A stretch of DNA of 64,000 nucleotides from positions 96,001-160,000 of the forward strand of contig JBGUGD010000025.1 of assembly GCA_041697335.1 (NCBI GenBank). Reading direction: 5' to 3'. The stretch comes from Vampirovibrionaceae bacterium NZW_1234 (GTDB taxonomy: Bacteria > Cyanobacteriota > Vampirovibrionia > Vampirovibrionales > JAGQHJ01). Position 1 is the first letter of the stretch. The number at the start of each line of letters is the position of its first letter. The position numbers and the translations under genes were made by a program. Positions 8,709 to 19,263 of this stretch are shown in pieces. The notes beneath the pieces are model-generated. The model had not been told where the DNA came from, ran no database searches, and saw nothing but the letters and a program-made list of their open reading frames with translations.

Positions 8709-10739
8709 GTGATGGCCCAGAACAGATTAGCGCATTCGGCAAGCGCCTACCTTCGTAGTGCGCAGCATCAGCCCATTGACTGGTACGAATTCGGCGAGGA
8801 GGCGTTTAAAAAAGCCGAAGAACTCGATCGCCTGATTCTACTGGACATTGGCGCCGTGTGGTGTCACTGGTGCCATGTGATTGACCGGGAGTCCTACGAG
8901 AATCCCGAGATCGCTCAGTTGATCAATGACAATTACATTGCCATCAAGGTCGATCGGGATCAGCGTCCCGATATTGACGCCCGGTATCAACAAATTGTGG
9001 CGTCAATGACAGGGCAAGGGGGCTGGCCGCTGACGGCCTTTCTGACCTGCGATGGACGGGTTCTCTATGGTGGAACGTATTTCCCCCCGGAAGTGATGAC
9101 GACGCTTTTGACACAACTTCCTTTGGTTTATCAGGAGCAAAAGGACCAGATCATGCAGGAGTCTCTGACGAAGGTCTCACAGGCGGATCTCGATAAATCC
9201 CTGGCCTCCAACGAAGCGGAGGCCAGACATCCCATTCCGGAGGATGTCTTTGAACGTCTGCTGAACTCCATTGATTCGACGTATGATTCTGAGAACGGCG
9301 GTTTTGGGGTGTACCCGAAGTTTCCGCACTACAGTACCCTCGCCTATCTGATTCAGCAGGCCCACCGAGCCGTTGACCCCGCCAAAACCAAGGAATTGAA
9401 ACAGGTCATTGATCGAACCTTGACCGAAATGGCCCGTGGTGGTGTTTATGACCATATTGGCGGCGGTTTCCATCGGTATTCCGTGGATCGCTTCTGGCAT
9501 GTGCCGCATTTTGAGAAAATGGCGTATGACAATGCCGAAGCCCTACTCGTCTATGCCCAAGCCTACCGGATGTCGCCCTCGCCGTTGTATCTGGAAACCA
9601 TTGAAGGCATTTTGAACTTTTTGTCCCAGACCTTATCCGATCCGGTACAAGGCGGGTTTTATGCCTCCCAGGATGCGGACATCGATCTCAATGACGATGG
9701 GGATTATTTCACCTGGACCATGGAAGACGTCCAGGAGGCCCTGTCATCCCATGAGGCCGAAGTTATTGTGCCTTACTATGACGTGACCCCGGAGGGCGAC
9801 ATGCATGAGCGGCCCGGGCGAAATGTTCTGCGCATCCGGAAAAACCTCAGTGAGGTTGCCAAAACTCTGGGGATATCCCTGGAAGAGTGCATGGAACGGC
9901 TTTATGCCGGGCGCCAGAAATTGGCTGCCAAACGCATGATGCGTCCCACGCCGTATGTGGATACCACCATTTATCTCAATTGGAACGGCATGATTCTGGT
10001 GGGTTATTTTGAAGTGGCCGATTTGCTGGGCAAGCAGGAAGCCCTGGTCTATGCGTGCAAAACACTGCATCGGCTATTGAACACCCATGTGGATCGGGAG
10101 AAAGACATTCTGCTCCACTCCGAGGGGGTTCCCGGCTTTCTGGACGATTATGCCTGGATGGTGGCTGCCTTGTTGCGAGCCAATCAGTCGACAGGGGATG
10201 AACGGTATTTGTCGGAAGCGACCCATTGGGCCCAAAGGGCTTGTGAACTGTTTGAAGATGCCCAGTTCGGCGGTTTCTTCGATATACCGGCCCCTGCGGA
10301 AAACGCCATGGCCCTGCTGAAATTCCGCCGCAAACCGACCGAGGACAATCCCTCCTCCAGTGCCAACGCCGTGATGATCCGGAATCTGATTCGGTTGTTT
10401 CATATTACCGAAGATACCGTCTATCACGAAAAGGCGGCAAAGGCCCTGGCGATGTTCGGGCGAGAATTGTCCGGGCGAAATGGGGTCTTTGTGTCTGCGT
10501 TAGCGATAGCGCTGTTTGAATTTCGCCATCCGCCCGTCCGATTGGAAGTCCTCGGACGTCAGGCCGAATTGCATGAGGCTGCCTTGGGTGTGTTTTATCC
10601 GGGCAAGATTGTCGTTCATCGCCCCGATGATGCTCCGGCAGAAGTTCGCTTGTGCGAAGGCACCCGCTGCATGATGCCCGTACGCCAGGTTGCAGATCTG
10701 GAGACGGCGGTGAATGCCCTGAAAGGAATTCCGGTCTAA
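8709..10739 (+). CDS. Thioredoxin-domain DUF255 protein (YyaL/SSP411/SPATA20 family)
   Basis: NRL...S.YL, WCHWCHV..RESY, KVDRDQRPDID, GGWPLT, GGGFHRYSVD..W.VPHFEKM. Confidence 0.93.
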   Translation: MMAQNRLAHSASAYLRSAQHQPIDWYEFGEEAFKKAEELDRLILLDIGAVWCHWCHVIDRESYENPEIAQLINDNYIAIKVDRDQRPDIDARYQQIVASMTGQGGWPLTAFLTCDGRVLYGGTYFPPEVMTTLLTQLPLVYQEQKDQIMQESLTKVSQADLDKSLASNEAEARHPIPEDVFERLLNSIDSTYDSENGGFGVYPKFPHYSTLAYLIQQAHRAVDPAKTKELKQVIDRTLTEMARGGVYDHIGGGFHRYSVDRFWHVPHFEKMAYDNAEALLVYAQAYRMSPSPLYLETIEGILNFLSQTLSDPVQGGFYASQDADIDLNDDGDYFTWTMEDVQEALSSHEAEVIVPYYDVTPEGDMHERPGRNVLRIRKNLSEVAKTLGISLEECMERLYAGRQKLAAKRMMRPTPYVDTTIYLNWNGMILVGYFEVADLLGKQEALVYACKTLHRLLNTHVDREKDILLHSEGVPGFLDDYAWMVAALLRANQSTGDERYLSEATHWAQRACELFEDAQFGGFFDIPAPAENAMALLKFRRKPTEDNPSSSANAVMIRNLIRLFHITEDTVYHEKAAKALAMFGRELSGRNGVFVSALAIALFEFRHPPVRLEVLGRQAELHEAALGVFYPGKIVVHRPDDAPAEVRLCEGTRCMMPVRQVADLETAVNALKGIPV

Positions 10740-10740
10740 C

Positions 10741-12537
10741 TTAACTGGCCGAGGGTGTCTTCATGGCCCGCTGGTTTTCTTCCACAGCCCGATCAATCGC
10801 AGCATCGTACCGTTCAACAATGCGTTTCCAGTTATGCTCCCGTTGAACATAGCGAATGCCGTTCAATGCAACGTCCGCGACTGTATCGGGTTGGCTGTTT
10901 TTTAGCTGCCAGGCCCGCTCTAAGGCCATACTAAATTGAGATTGCGCCTGGTGGATGACATGGCGATCCAAGGCACTCATTGGCTTTCCATCGCTCCATT
11001 TGGAAATGGCCTTACGATAGCGAGGAACGTCGATGGAGGCCATTTTGATCCCGTTCTGGCCATAAGCCCATACACGCTCTTCGGGGCCATCATCGAGGCG
11101 ATCCAGCACGGGGTCGGAGATGGTGGAGCGAATACCATCGACATTATGGGCAATGGGGATACAGCCCAGGCGCATCCCTTCCAATTGTGTCAAGCCATAA
11201 GGCTCGTACAGGCTGGGCATCAGCATAAAGTCTGCTCCGGCGTTCATTTGTACGGCTTGGGCCTTGGTGAAGAATTTGGACGCGACGATCAACCGGCCTT
11301 TAAATTCATCTGTTTGGGCCATGGTATCCACGAACTGCTGAATCTTGGGGTGATTACCCTGGCCGCCCAGAATGAGCTGCGCCTTGGGATGACGTCGAAG
11401 AAACGCTTGAGCTTCATTCATGACCATGAAGAACCCCTTTTGGTAGGGTTCAAAGCGCCCCAGCCATAGGAAGACCGTGGCCTGGGGATCCGGGTTCAGT
11501 CCCATGGCTTTCTGCAAAGCGACTTTGTTCGTTGTTTTATAGCGCATGAGTTCCCGGCGTTGCGCTTTCTTGCCAAAGACCCGCCGCAGTTCCGTGAACC
11601 CATCGCTCTGTAAGGCTGGGTTGTTGTAGGGGTTGTACTCTTCCGACAAACCATGATGCATATCGAACACACGCCCCTGGAGGAGCTTGTCTTTCAGGTG
11701 CTTGATAAAGTCAGCGCCCTTGCACAAGGCGGTATTGGTGATGGAACGCACATAGTTGGCATTGGCAATCACGACATCCGATAAGCCAATGCCCAGCGAC
11801 AAGGGTGAGACATAACGGCCTTTTAATGCCGGAGGAACCGCTTCTAGGTGATTTGTCCGTGCTACTTCCGGTGAGCGGCCTTCATCGTAAGTGTTATGCA
11901 GCATAAAGAGCTTTGCGGGTGAAAAGCCTTTCGGGAGTTGGTTCAGGAAAAAACCGGTCAGCCAGTCATGAACCATGACGAAATCCACATTACCCCGAAA
12001 AGGGTGAAAGCGTCCTGACGAGGTTTGGGCTGTTTTATCACTGAGTTCAGGCGCAAATTCAGCCGCTGCACGATTAAACATGGCTATGGCCCGAAAAATC
12101 GCATCAGAGCCCAGTCCCTGGTTGTCTTGATTTTTCGGGAAGTACAAGTGCTTGAATCGCCCGAAGTATTTGTCGTTCTCAATGGCGTATACCCAGGTTT
12201 GGCTATCTTTTTCGTACTTTTCCAGTAGCCGGAACGTTTCTATTTGTTGATCCGGTCCGGTGAGGGTCTTTGTAATCCCTGTATCCGTAAACCCGCCTTC
12301 GGCTTTTAAGGGCTCAAGCAGTGGCATCAGGATGCGAACATCTTTCTTCAGATAATGATTCAGAGCCCAGGGGATGGTTTTGGACACTTCGCCCAAACCG
12401 CCCACTTTGGCTGGGTTCCGTTCAACGGTAACCCATAACCCATTTTTTCCCTGACCGGCAAATGTAACCGGCTTCAGAACGCTTTGCGTATGCATGGCTG
12501 GTTTCTGCCATGGACCTGACCCCTGCGACAGTCTCAT
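10741..12537 (-). CDS. glgA: Glycogen/starch synthase (GT5)
   Basis: KVGGL ADP-glucose motif, HDW, GRF..QKG, MPSLYEPYGLTQLEGMRLG. Confidence 0.85.
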   Translation of the reverse strand: MRLSQGSGPWQKPAMHTQSVLKPVTFAGQGKNGLWVTVERNPAKVGGLGEVSKTIPWALNHYLKKDVRILMPLLEPLKAEGGFTDTGITKTLTGPDQQIETFRLLEKYEKDSQTWVYAIENDKYFGRFKHLYFPKNQDNQGLGSDAIFRAIAMFNRAAAEFAPELSDKTAQTSSGRFHPFRGNVDFVMVHDWLTGFFLNQLPKGFSPAKLFMLHNTYDEGRSPEVARTNHLEAVPPALKGRYVSPLSLGIGLSDVVIANANYVRSITNTALCKGADFIKHLKDKLLQGRVFDMHHGLSEEYNPYNNPALQSDGFTELRRVFGKKAQRRELMRYKTTNKVALQKAMGLNPDPQATVFLWLGRFEPYQKGFFMVMNEAQAFLRRHPKAQLILGGQGNHPKIQQFVDTMAQTDEFKGRLIVASKFFTKAQAVQMNAGADFMLMPSLYEPYGLTQLEGMRLGCIPIAHNVDGIRSTISDPVLDRLDDGPEERVWAYGQNGIKMASIDVPRYRKAISKWSDGKPMSALDRHVIHQAQSQFSMALERAWQLKNSQPDTVADVALNGIRYVQREHNWKRIVERYDAAIDRAVEENQRAMKTPSAS

Positions 12538-12713
12538 AAAACGTATACCCCATTCGAAAATGTAATGAAATATGATGTCAATATTTAAAGATCAACATGG
12601 ACCGCTGTAAAGCCAATGTCGACATCAATACCCAAAGCGGGATGACGACAAGTGCGTGTATTTCCAAAGAATGTCCAACGAAGATCTTGAAATTGATTTA
12701 ACTAAATGAAAAT

Positions 12714-13571
12714 ATGAATAATGATTTGAATAATAAACTGTGTGTGTCCATGACTTCTCTCGTTGAACCCTATCCAACAACTGTTACCCTTGAAGACATT
12801 GATGTTCAGGCGTACCCTAACCCAGAAAGCCTGTTTCAGCGGATTGTCGAGGAAACGCAACGTCGAACACAGACGTTAATCTATGCCCTAAACGTCAATG
12901 CAGCCAATATCGCGTTTATTGATTCCCAATGGCGCTCCATTATACAAAAGGGACACATCATGTACTGCGATGGTGCTGGTATCGTTTTGGGTTCCAAGAT
13001 TCTAGGAACACCGCTTCCGTGTCGCTTAACGGCCGCAGATTGGTTGTTGGATGCAGTACGCTATTTTTCTGAGAACGGCTTATCAGTCTATTTCCTAGCG
13101 GGGGAGCCCGGTATCCCGGAGCGAGCGATGGCCCTTTTTGATAAAGCTGTCCCGGAACATCGGGTTTTGGGGGCGCATCACGGCTACATACTCGACGATC
13201 CGACACTGGAAAACGCCGTTATTGATGAAATTAACCGTCTAAAGCCGGATATTCTGCTGGTCGGGTTCGGGATGCCCTTGCAGGAATACTGGATTGAAAA
13301 AAATCGTCACCGCTTGCAGGTCGCTTCTTTATGGGCTATCGGTGCCACCCTGGATTATCTGACCGGGAAAGTGAGTCGTTGCCCGGGTTGGATGGGACGA
13401 TACGGCCTTGAGTGGCTTTATAGATTGCTATTGGAACCAAAACGGATGTGGCAGCGCTATGTCGTTGGTAATCCCTGGTTTTTGCTTCGTATTATCGGTA
13501 TGACGACGCTCAATCATTTGAGGCGACTTTTCTTTTTCATCAAACGCCCTATCGCTCCTGCTAATTCCTGA
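12714..13571 (+). CDS. WecB/TagA/CpsF family glycosyltransferase (GT26)
   Basis: CDGAGIV, RLTAAD, HHGY, VGFGMPLQE, IGATLD, GLEWLYRL..EPKRMWQRY. Confidence 0.93.
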   Translation: MNNDLNNKLCVSMTSLVEPYPTTVTLEDIDVQAYPNPESLFQRIVEETQRRTQTLIYALNVNAANIAFIDSQWRSIIQKGHIMYCDGAGIVLGSKILGTPLPCRLTAADWLLDAVRYFSENGLSVYFLAGEPGIPERAMALFDKAVPEHRVLGAHHGYILDDPTLENAVIDEINRLKPDILLVGFGMPLQEYWIEKNRHRLQVASLWAIGATLDYLTGKVSRCPGWMGRYGLEWLYRLLLEPKRMWQRYVVGNPWFLLRIIGMTTLNHLRRLFFFIKRPIAPANS

Positions 13572-13728
13572 TAATAAATCCACGAATATCATAAATTGTC
13601 TTGCAAAATGATATTGTAAATATATATTCACAAGTTAACACAATTGATTGTTAATAAAGTTTTAATACTTATAAGAGATTAAGAATTTTTCATGAATTCG
13701 GTGGAGCAGGATAAGGAATCGGAGAGTT

Positions 13729-14895
13729 ATGGCACAATTTCGAAATGGATTCCCCCCAAGACGACCTGTCATACAGCCTCAAGTCAGACCACAAGGCCGA
13801 CCTGTTGGCGCAGTAGGACCGCGTCCGAATCTGGGTTTCGGTGGGGTCAATCCGCTCGTGGCTCAGAATGCAGCAGCACAGCAATGGGCCATGCAACAAT
13901 TGGCCGGACAGCAGAATTTTGCTCAACAAGTTTTGCAAATGCGTCTCCAACAACAGCGAATGATTCAGCAGATGCTCATCTTGCAGCAGATACGTCAACA
14001 ACAGCAGGCGCAGCTGCCTCTGATTCAGCAGCAACAGGCGCAGCTAGCTCAATGGAATCAGTTGCCGCGTGTGGCCAATAAATTGAAACAAGATGCCATT
14101 AAGCATGAAAATGAGGCCAACCAGCTGTTGAAGCAGGCAAAGGCCCTCAACCCGCGTGGAGGCGGTGTCGAATTTGCTGCCGACAATATTATCCGCCAAG
14201 CCAATCAGCTGATTACGAAAGCCGATGGCACCATTAATGCGGCAGATGCACAGCTTAACTTTTATAACGGCATCATTGCCCAAGTAAAAAAGAACTTCAC
14301 AGATCAGGAAGATGCCTTGCGGAATCAGGCAAATGCGAACCCCAATATGGCCCGTGCTTTAAACCGTCAAGCCGATCAAGTCAAAAAACAAGGTGAAAAC
14401 CAGGTTAAAAGACTGGAAAAGCAACGAGAAAAATCGGTTGCTGCATTGAAAGATGCAAAAAAACGCAGTGAAAACGCAAAAAAGACAGCACGGGATGCCA
14501 TTAATGCTGCGAACAAAGCAAAAGCGGATGAACAAAAGTTCCTGGATGAACTGGTGGACAGGATGAAAGATCCCTTAAAAGATTTGAAACTGCCGCCCGT
14601 TCCGTTGCCCCCTATTCCACCATTTGATCCGTTCCCCTTACCACCTCGACCGAAACCTCCAGAAATTGTGATGGCTCCCTTGGGTCCAACCGGAATGATA
14701 GGCCCGGTTGATGGTGAAAGACCCACAGTGGTTGTTATGGGCCCCACCGGCGCATCAGGTATGTCAGGTCCGATTGATGTTACAACCACAACAGTTGTTG
14801 CCCTAGGGCCTACCGGTCCCTCTGGTATGACGGGGCCTGTTTTGAAACCTACACCCATTGGTCCAACCTTGGCAACGGATGTTGCCGTTGTTTAA
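13729..14895 (+). CDS. Hypothetical protein: Gln-rich N-terminus, coiled coil, Pro-rich hinge and GPTG repeats
   Basis: 388-aa ORF with GGAG SD; clear compositional domains. Confidence 0.8.
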   Translation: MAQFRNGFPPRRPVIQPQVRPQGRPVGAVGPRPNLGFGGVNPLVAQNAAAQQWAMQQLAGQQNFAQQVLQMRLQQQRMIQQMLILQQIRQQQQAQLPLIQQQQAQLAQWNQLPRVANKLKQDAIKHENEANQLLKQAKALNPRGGGVEFAADNIIRQANQLITKADGTINAADAQLNFYNGIIAQVKKNFTDQEDALRNQANANPNMARALNRQADQVKKQGENQVKRLEKQREKSVAALKDAKKRSENAKKTARDAINAANKAKADEQKFLDELVDRMKDPLKDLKLPPVPLPPIPPFDPFPLPPRPKPPEIVMAPLGPTGMIGPVDGERPTVVVMGPTGASGMSGPIDVTTTTVVALGPTGPSGMTGPVLKPTPIGPTLATDVAVV

Positions 14896-14990
14896 AAGGC
14901 TTTAATTTCTTCCATCCTAATAACGTATTTATTCTTATATAATTGAATAATTGAGAGTAAAATTTGTGGTTTATTTATGGGAGTGACTAG

Positions 14991-15983
14991 ATGTTCATCT
15001 CTCACCGAGTGCGAAACATTATTCGCCCTATTTTTTATTGGGTTAATTCTAAATGTCCTTCATTGATTTTAACCGTGCTTCGGTTTTTAACAAATCTGCA
15101 AGTCCCATTATCTTCTAAAAAGAAGTTATTAATTCAATTGAAATCTGCCATTGATAACCAAGAAGGCTTTGCGACTGGAAAGCTAGGTATCGGTCCTCTT
15201 CATTTTCTTTATTACCCACATCTGTCAGGAAGTTGCTTGGCCGAGGATAAACGTAGGTCATTAGAAGCACGTATTTTTTTTGAAATGGAGAAAAATACAG
15301 GAGTTTACCCCGCTAACCCAACATTCTGTGTTAAATGGTCCCAATTTTATCTCGATCAAGTTTACCAATTAGACGCTGTGGGGCTGATTTTTAATCAATT
15401 TATCAAAGATATATATAAGAATAATCGTATTAAAAATAATTTCTTCTTTTATGATTTGGATCCTGAACGACAGATTCCCTCATCTCCAGAAAATTGTTAT
15501 TTACAGTTCTTACAGGACAAGAAAGTACTTCTGATTTGTCCCTTTGCTCACCTACTAGCTGAAAGAGCTAATAAAGAGACTTTTGAGGCAGTGTGGTCAA
15601 AAACAGGAAAAAAATGGTTTAATCCCTCGTCTGTACAGTCCGTTGAAATTCCTTATGGTTTTGCTGAAGAAACTCAGAAAAATTTTCCAACCTCTTTTGA
15701 TCTGTTGGAACATATCTATAGTTTGATAGACCCTTTAGAGTATGATGTTGCATTAATCGCTGCTGCTGGCTATGCAATTCCTATTGCAACATATATCAAA
15801 CGACAAAATAAGGTTGCTATAGATGTTGGTGGCCATTTACAGGTTCTCTTTGGCGTGATGGGTAAACGGTGGCGAGAGAGTAAGGAATATCAAGAAAAAT
15901 ATATTACAGATGCATGGATTGACATGCCAGAAAAATATAAGCCAAAACGCACAGATGTATGTGATCAAGGCGCGTACTGGTAA
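14991..15983 (+). CDS. Hypothetical protein, probable polysaccharide-related glycosyltransferase-like
   Basis: AT-rich ORF with GGGAG SD. C-terminal YDVALIAAAGYAIPIA..IK...K.AID.GG..Q..FG..GKRW resembles a motif I associate with uncharacterised proteins of glycan loci. Confidence 0.6.
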   Translation: MFISHRVRNIIRPIFYWVNSKCPSLILTVLRFLTNLQVPLSSKKKLLIQLKSAIDNQEGFATGKLGIGPLHFLYYPHLSGSCLAEDKRRSLEARIFFEMEKNTGVYPANPTFCVKWSQFYLDQVYQLDAVGLIFNQFIKDIYKNNRIKNNFFFYDLDPERQIPSSPENCYLQFLQDKKVLLICPFAHLLAERANKETFEAVWSKTGKKWFNPSSVQSVEIPYGFAEETQKNFPTSFDLLEHIYSLIDPLEYDVALIAAAGYAIPIATYIKRQNKVAIDVGGHLQVLFGVMGKRWRESKEYQEKYITDAWIDMPEKYKPKRTDVCDQGAYW

Positions 15984-15986
15984 TTT

Positions 15987-16763
15987 TTAATATTGGATTG
16001 CCTGCTTATGTAGCGAGGGTTGAGTTCTGATAACGCAATGTTGCAGAGGGATGGCGTGTCGGACCAACTTACAGAGGAACACCAAGGGATTTCCATCGCG
16101 CTGATAAATCGAATATCTGGGTACGCATTCTGGATTAACCAACGAAGAGCAAGCACCGGTATTTGTTGTTAACGCAAATACATAAGGCGATTTTTGGACG
16201 ATAGAGATTGTCTTATTATCGTAATCACCCCAAGGGTAGGCCAGAACTGGGATAAAGCTTTCACCAAGTTCTTCAGAAAGGATGTTGTAAGATTCCAAAA
16301 GTTCGTTTTGCAACTCACCTTCAGACAGTTGGCTAAAACGTTGATGGGTCAAGCCATGGCTGCCGAAGGTAATGTAGGGTGACATGGCCATTTGCTGAAT
16401 CTGGGAACGCATCAGCAACCGATCTCGCCGGTGTTCTGGTAAATGAGCCTGATCCCAGTCGTTGGTACCGGCAAACTTTCCTGCCAGCAGGAAGATGGTT
16501 GCAGGACATTTTTCCTGATGCAAGATCGGAGCAGCATACAGATAGTTATTTTCGTAGCCATCGTCAAACGTGAGGGCAAAGGTATTGGAAGGCATGGCCT
16601 GGGGTCCGCCAGCAGTAACAACATCTGCTAGAGAGACAGATTGATAGCCAAGGAAGCGCAACGTCCGGATAATCCAGCGAAGACCAGAAGGGGTAATGGA
16701 TAAATGACGTCGATCAAAGTGACGAGGACTGGGTTCTACGTGATGGAAATTAAAGATTAGCAT
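15987..16763 (-). CDS. Polysaccharide deacetylase (NodB/CE4)
   Basis: FHHV, LTFDDGY, GSHGLTH, AYPWG. Confidence 0.92.
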   Translation of the reverse strand: MLIFNFHHVEPSPRHFDRRHLSITPSGLRWIIRTLRFLGYQSVSLADVVTAGGPQAMPSNTFALTFDDGYENNYLYAAPILHQEKCPATIFLLAGKFAGTNDWDQAHLPEHRRDRLLMRSQIQQMAMSPYITFGSHGLTHQRFSQLSEGELQNELLESYNILSEELGESFIPVLAYPWGDYDNKTISIVQKSPYVFALTTNTGACSSLVNPECVPRYSIYQRDGNPLVFLCKLVRHAIPLQHCVIRTQPSLHKQAIQY

Positions 16764-17767
16764 GCTATCTTGACCTCGCTTTTTGGAAAAAAATCGTTAT
16801 GCTGCCATCGGAATGAATAGCAAAGTTTGATGATTGCCTGAACAGTGCGTCGGCAACCATAAAGGGCGTTAATACCGGTAAGCATAGTCAATAATGCCAG
16901 AACCCCTTTTTTGTTTATCAGCAAATCTTTGGGAATATAAGGAAAGAGCTGTCGTGCAGACTCAACAAAGCCGTACATCAGAAACCGGTAAAACAAATTT
17001 CGGGTCTGAATCTGCCAGAGTAATGACTGTTGGGCTTCAGTCAGAACAGAAGCGACACTGGTGACGACTGACATCTCCGCATTATAAGCTGTTGAAAATT
17101 GCGACAAAATTCTTCGGCACCGTCCTTGTGTCGACTGTCGATAAATGACAAGTCGTTCCCCCGTGGGTATGACAGGATAATTTTGGCAAGCCCGAATAAA
17201 GAAGGCTCGATCTTCGTGATAGCAGTTGGGGTCGAATCCACCCACGGTTTCAACAATTTGTTTATGAATCAAGGTTGTACTGGGCAAAAACAGACCTTCT
17301 TCGGTGATGACATCATCCGGAATCATCCCGTTTAGTTGATAGAGCGGAGATAAATGGATGAGTTTGCCTTCCTCATCCACGGCATAATATCCGCTATAAA
17401 CGATTGCAATTTCTGTCGATGCTTGAGCCAAGGTGTTGAGTTCAATTGCCAGCTTTTGGGGCAGCCAGCAATCATCGGCATCTATAAAAGCGAAATAGAT
17501 TCCTTTGGCATGTGCGATTCCTGTATTTCTGGCGACCGCCACACCTTGATTCACTTGGTGAATGACACGAATCCGTGGATCGTTCAGCTGCTGAAGAATC
17601 GATGCAGTCCCATCGGTGGAACCGTCATCAACAATAATCAATTCAAAAATGGGATGCGTCTGTGCCAATACCGACTCGATGGCTTTTAAGACAATATGTT
17701 CACCTTGATAAACGGGTAGGATAACGGAGACAAGGCTGTTCGTCATCGTATCAGTCATGCATAACAT
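16757..17767 (-). CDS. Glycosyltransferase family 2
   Basis: VSVILPVY, VDDGSTD, ARNTG, FIDADD. Confidence 0.93.
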   Translation of the reverse strand: MLCMTDTMTNSLVSVILPVYQGEHIVLKAIESVLAQTHPIFELIIVDDGSTDGTASILQQLNDPRIRVIHQVNQGVAVARNTGIAHAKGIYFAFIDADDCWLPQKLAIELNTLAQASTEIAIVYSGYYAVDEEGKLIHLSPLYQLNGMIPDDVITEEGLFLPSTTLIHKQIVETVGGFDPNCYHEDRAFFIRACQNYPVIPTGERLVIYRQSTQGRCRRILSQFSTAYNAEMSVVTSVASVLTEAQQSLLWQIQTRNLFYRFLMYGFVESARQLFPYIPKDLLINKKGVLALLTMLTGINALYGCRRTVQAIIKLCYSFRWQHNDFFPKSEVKIAC

Positions 17768-19040
17768 CCTGATAAACCGCTTCCAGCGACTGCATCATAT
17801 TGGCCAAGGTAAATTGTTTTGCAACAATCCCCAATTGGTCTTGGACCATATCTTTTTTCTCTTGCGGCCACTGCAATAGCTGGATTAATCGTGCAAAAAG
17901 AGCTTCTTCGTCACCGACAGGTACCATGAGACGCTGGGTCTCTGGAAGAAACAAGATTTCTGGTATGCCACCGGCAGCATAGGTCACGAATAGCGTTTTT
18001 GCGGCGGCTGCTTCGAGAACTCCCAAGCCAAATCCCTCCCTCTCGGAAAGAAAAACAAGGGCATCGGAAACAGCCATAAGTTCAGGAATATCCGATCGAT
18101 GACCCAACACATGAATTTGATCAGCAACGGCGCTCTCTGAAACGTGCTTCCGAATAAGCGATTCATCTTGGCCGGAGCCGACCATGAGGAAGTGAGTTTT
18201 CTCAAAGCCGGGTATTTGAGTCATACGCGCAGCGAATTGAATAAACTGCAATGGATTCTTATTGCTGACCATACGCCCAATATAGCTGACACATAACGTG
18301 TCCAGCGGAATACCTAGTTTTTGGCGAACTTGCGTACGATTTGTGTTCTGGGCACGAAGCTGCCAGCGATGCACATCAATACCGTCGTGAATGACATGAG
18401 AGGTGACTGTGTCTGGTAAATATTGTTCTTCAATTAAGCGATTGCGTTCGGCAAAACTGACAAAAATAAGGGAATCAACCGTCTTGATAAAATGCCTGAA
18501 GAGATATTGAAAAGGCTTCTTTAACCAGCGCCTAACTGAATTGGTAGTCTCACTGAGACTGTAGAGAGAGCCATAGCCATGGAATGTGTATACCAATTTA
18601 CACCCCATGAGTTTAAAGATGAGATTCTCGATGTGCCCGATCTGAATATGAACAACGTCCGGTTTCTCACGACGCAGAATCCACCATAATTGTGCCTGGG
18701 TGGCGAGGTCCAGGGGTCTTAAAGCCGGGCGCCGAAATAAAGGTAAAGTGTGAATGCCGTGAGTATCAATCCCATTTTCGTGAAGGTACCTTTGCAAGCG
18801 TCCACCGGCAGAACAAACGACAATAGGCTTAAAGCCCGGATTACTCTTTAAAAATGACGTCACATGGAGAATATAATGCTCAATACCGCCAAAAGCCCCA
18901 AAATCCGGATAGTAGAGTAAAATCCGGGGTTGTCCGAGGTATTGGCTGCCTGGTTGAATCGACAGCCTGGGCATCCAGAGCTTCTCCCAGGCCAGTTCAG
19001 GTTTTAATGAAAATGTCGGATTTAACGCCATTTCCGTCAA
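17751..19040 (-). CDS. Glycosyltransferase family 4
   Basis: FGGIE, TFHG, IGRM...K, EGFGLGVLEA, GGIPE. Confidence 0.92.
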   Translation of the reverse strand: MTEMALNPTFSLKPELAWEKLWMPRLSIQPGSQYLGQPRILLYYPDFGAFGGIEHYILHVTSFLKSNPGFKPIVVCSAGGRLQRYLHENGIDTHGIHTLPLFRRPALRPLDLATQAQLWWILRREKPDVVHIQIGHIENLIFKLMGCKLVYTFHGYGSLYSLSETTNSVRRWLKKPFQYLFRHFIKTVDSLIFVSFAERNRLIEEQYLPDTVTSHVIHDGIDVHRWQLRAQNTNRTQVRQKLGIPLDTLCVSYIGRMVSNKNPLQFIQFAARMTQIPGFEKTHFLMVGSGQDESLIRKHVSESAVADQIHVLGHRSDIPELMAVSDALVFLSEREGFGLGVLEAAAAKTLFVTYAAGGIPEILFLPETQRLMVPVGDEEALFARLIQLLQWPQEKKDMVQDQLGIVAKQFTLANMMQSLEAVYQDVMHD

Positions 19041-19263
19041 TATCCATTCTCTTACTGCGGCATCAAGGTTAATGAACCAGGATTGTGTATGAAAGTTAAA
19101 AAAAAAAGGCTATCCAAAGTGCGTGAATTGACACCGTATATGAAGAATTATGAATTTTTGATGGCATGTTGAAGAATTGCCTGCCCCCACCCTCGGTATT
19201 TTTGATGCGCCATTCTATAATAGAGATTAGTAGTATCAGTTTGAATCTGCGAAACGGTATTCT

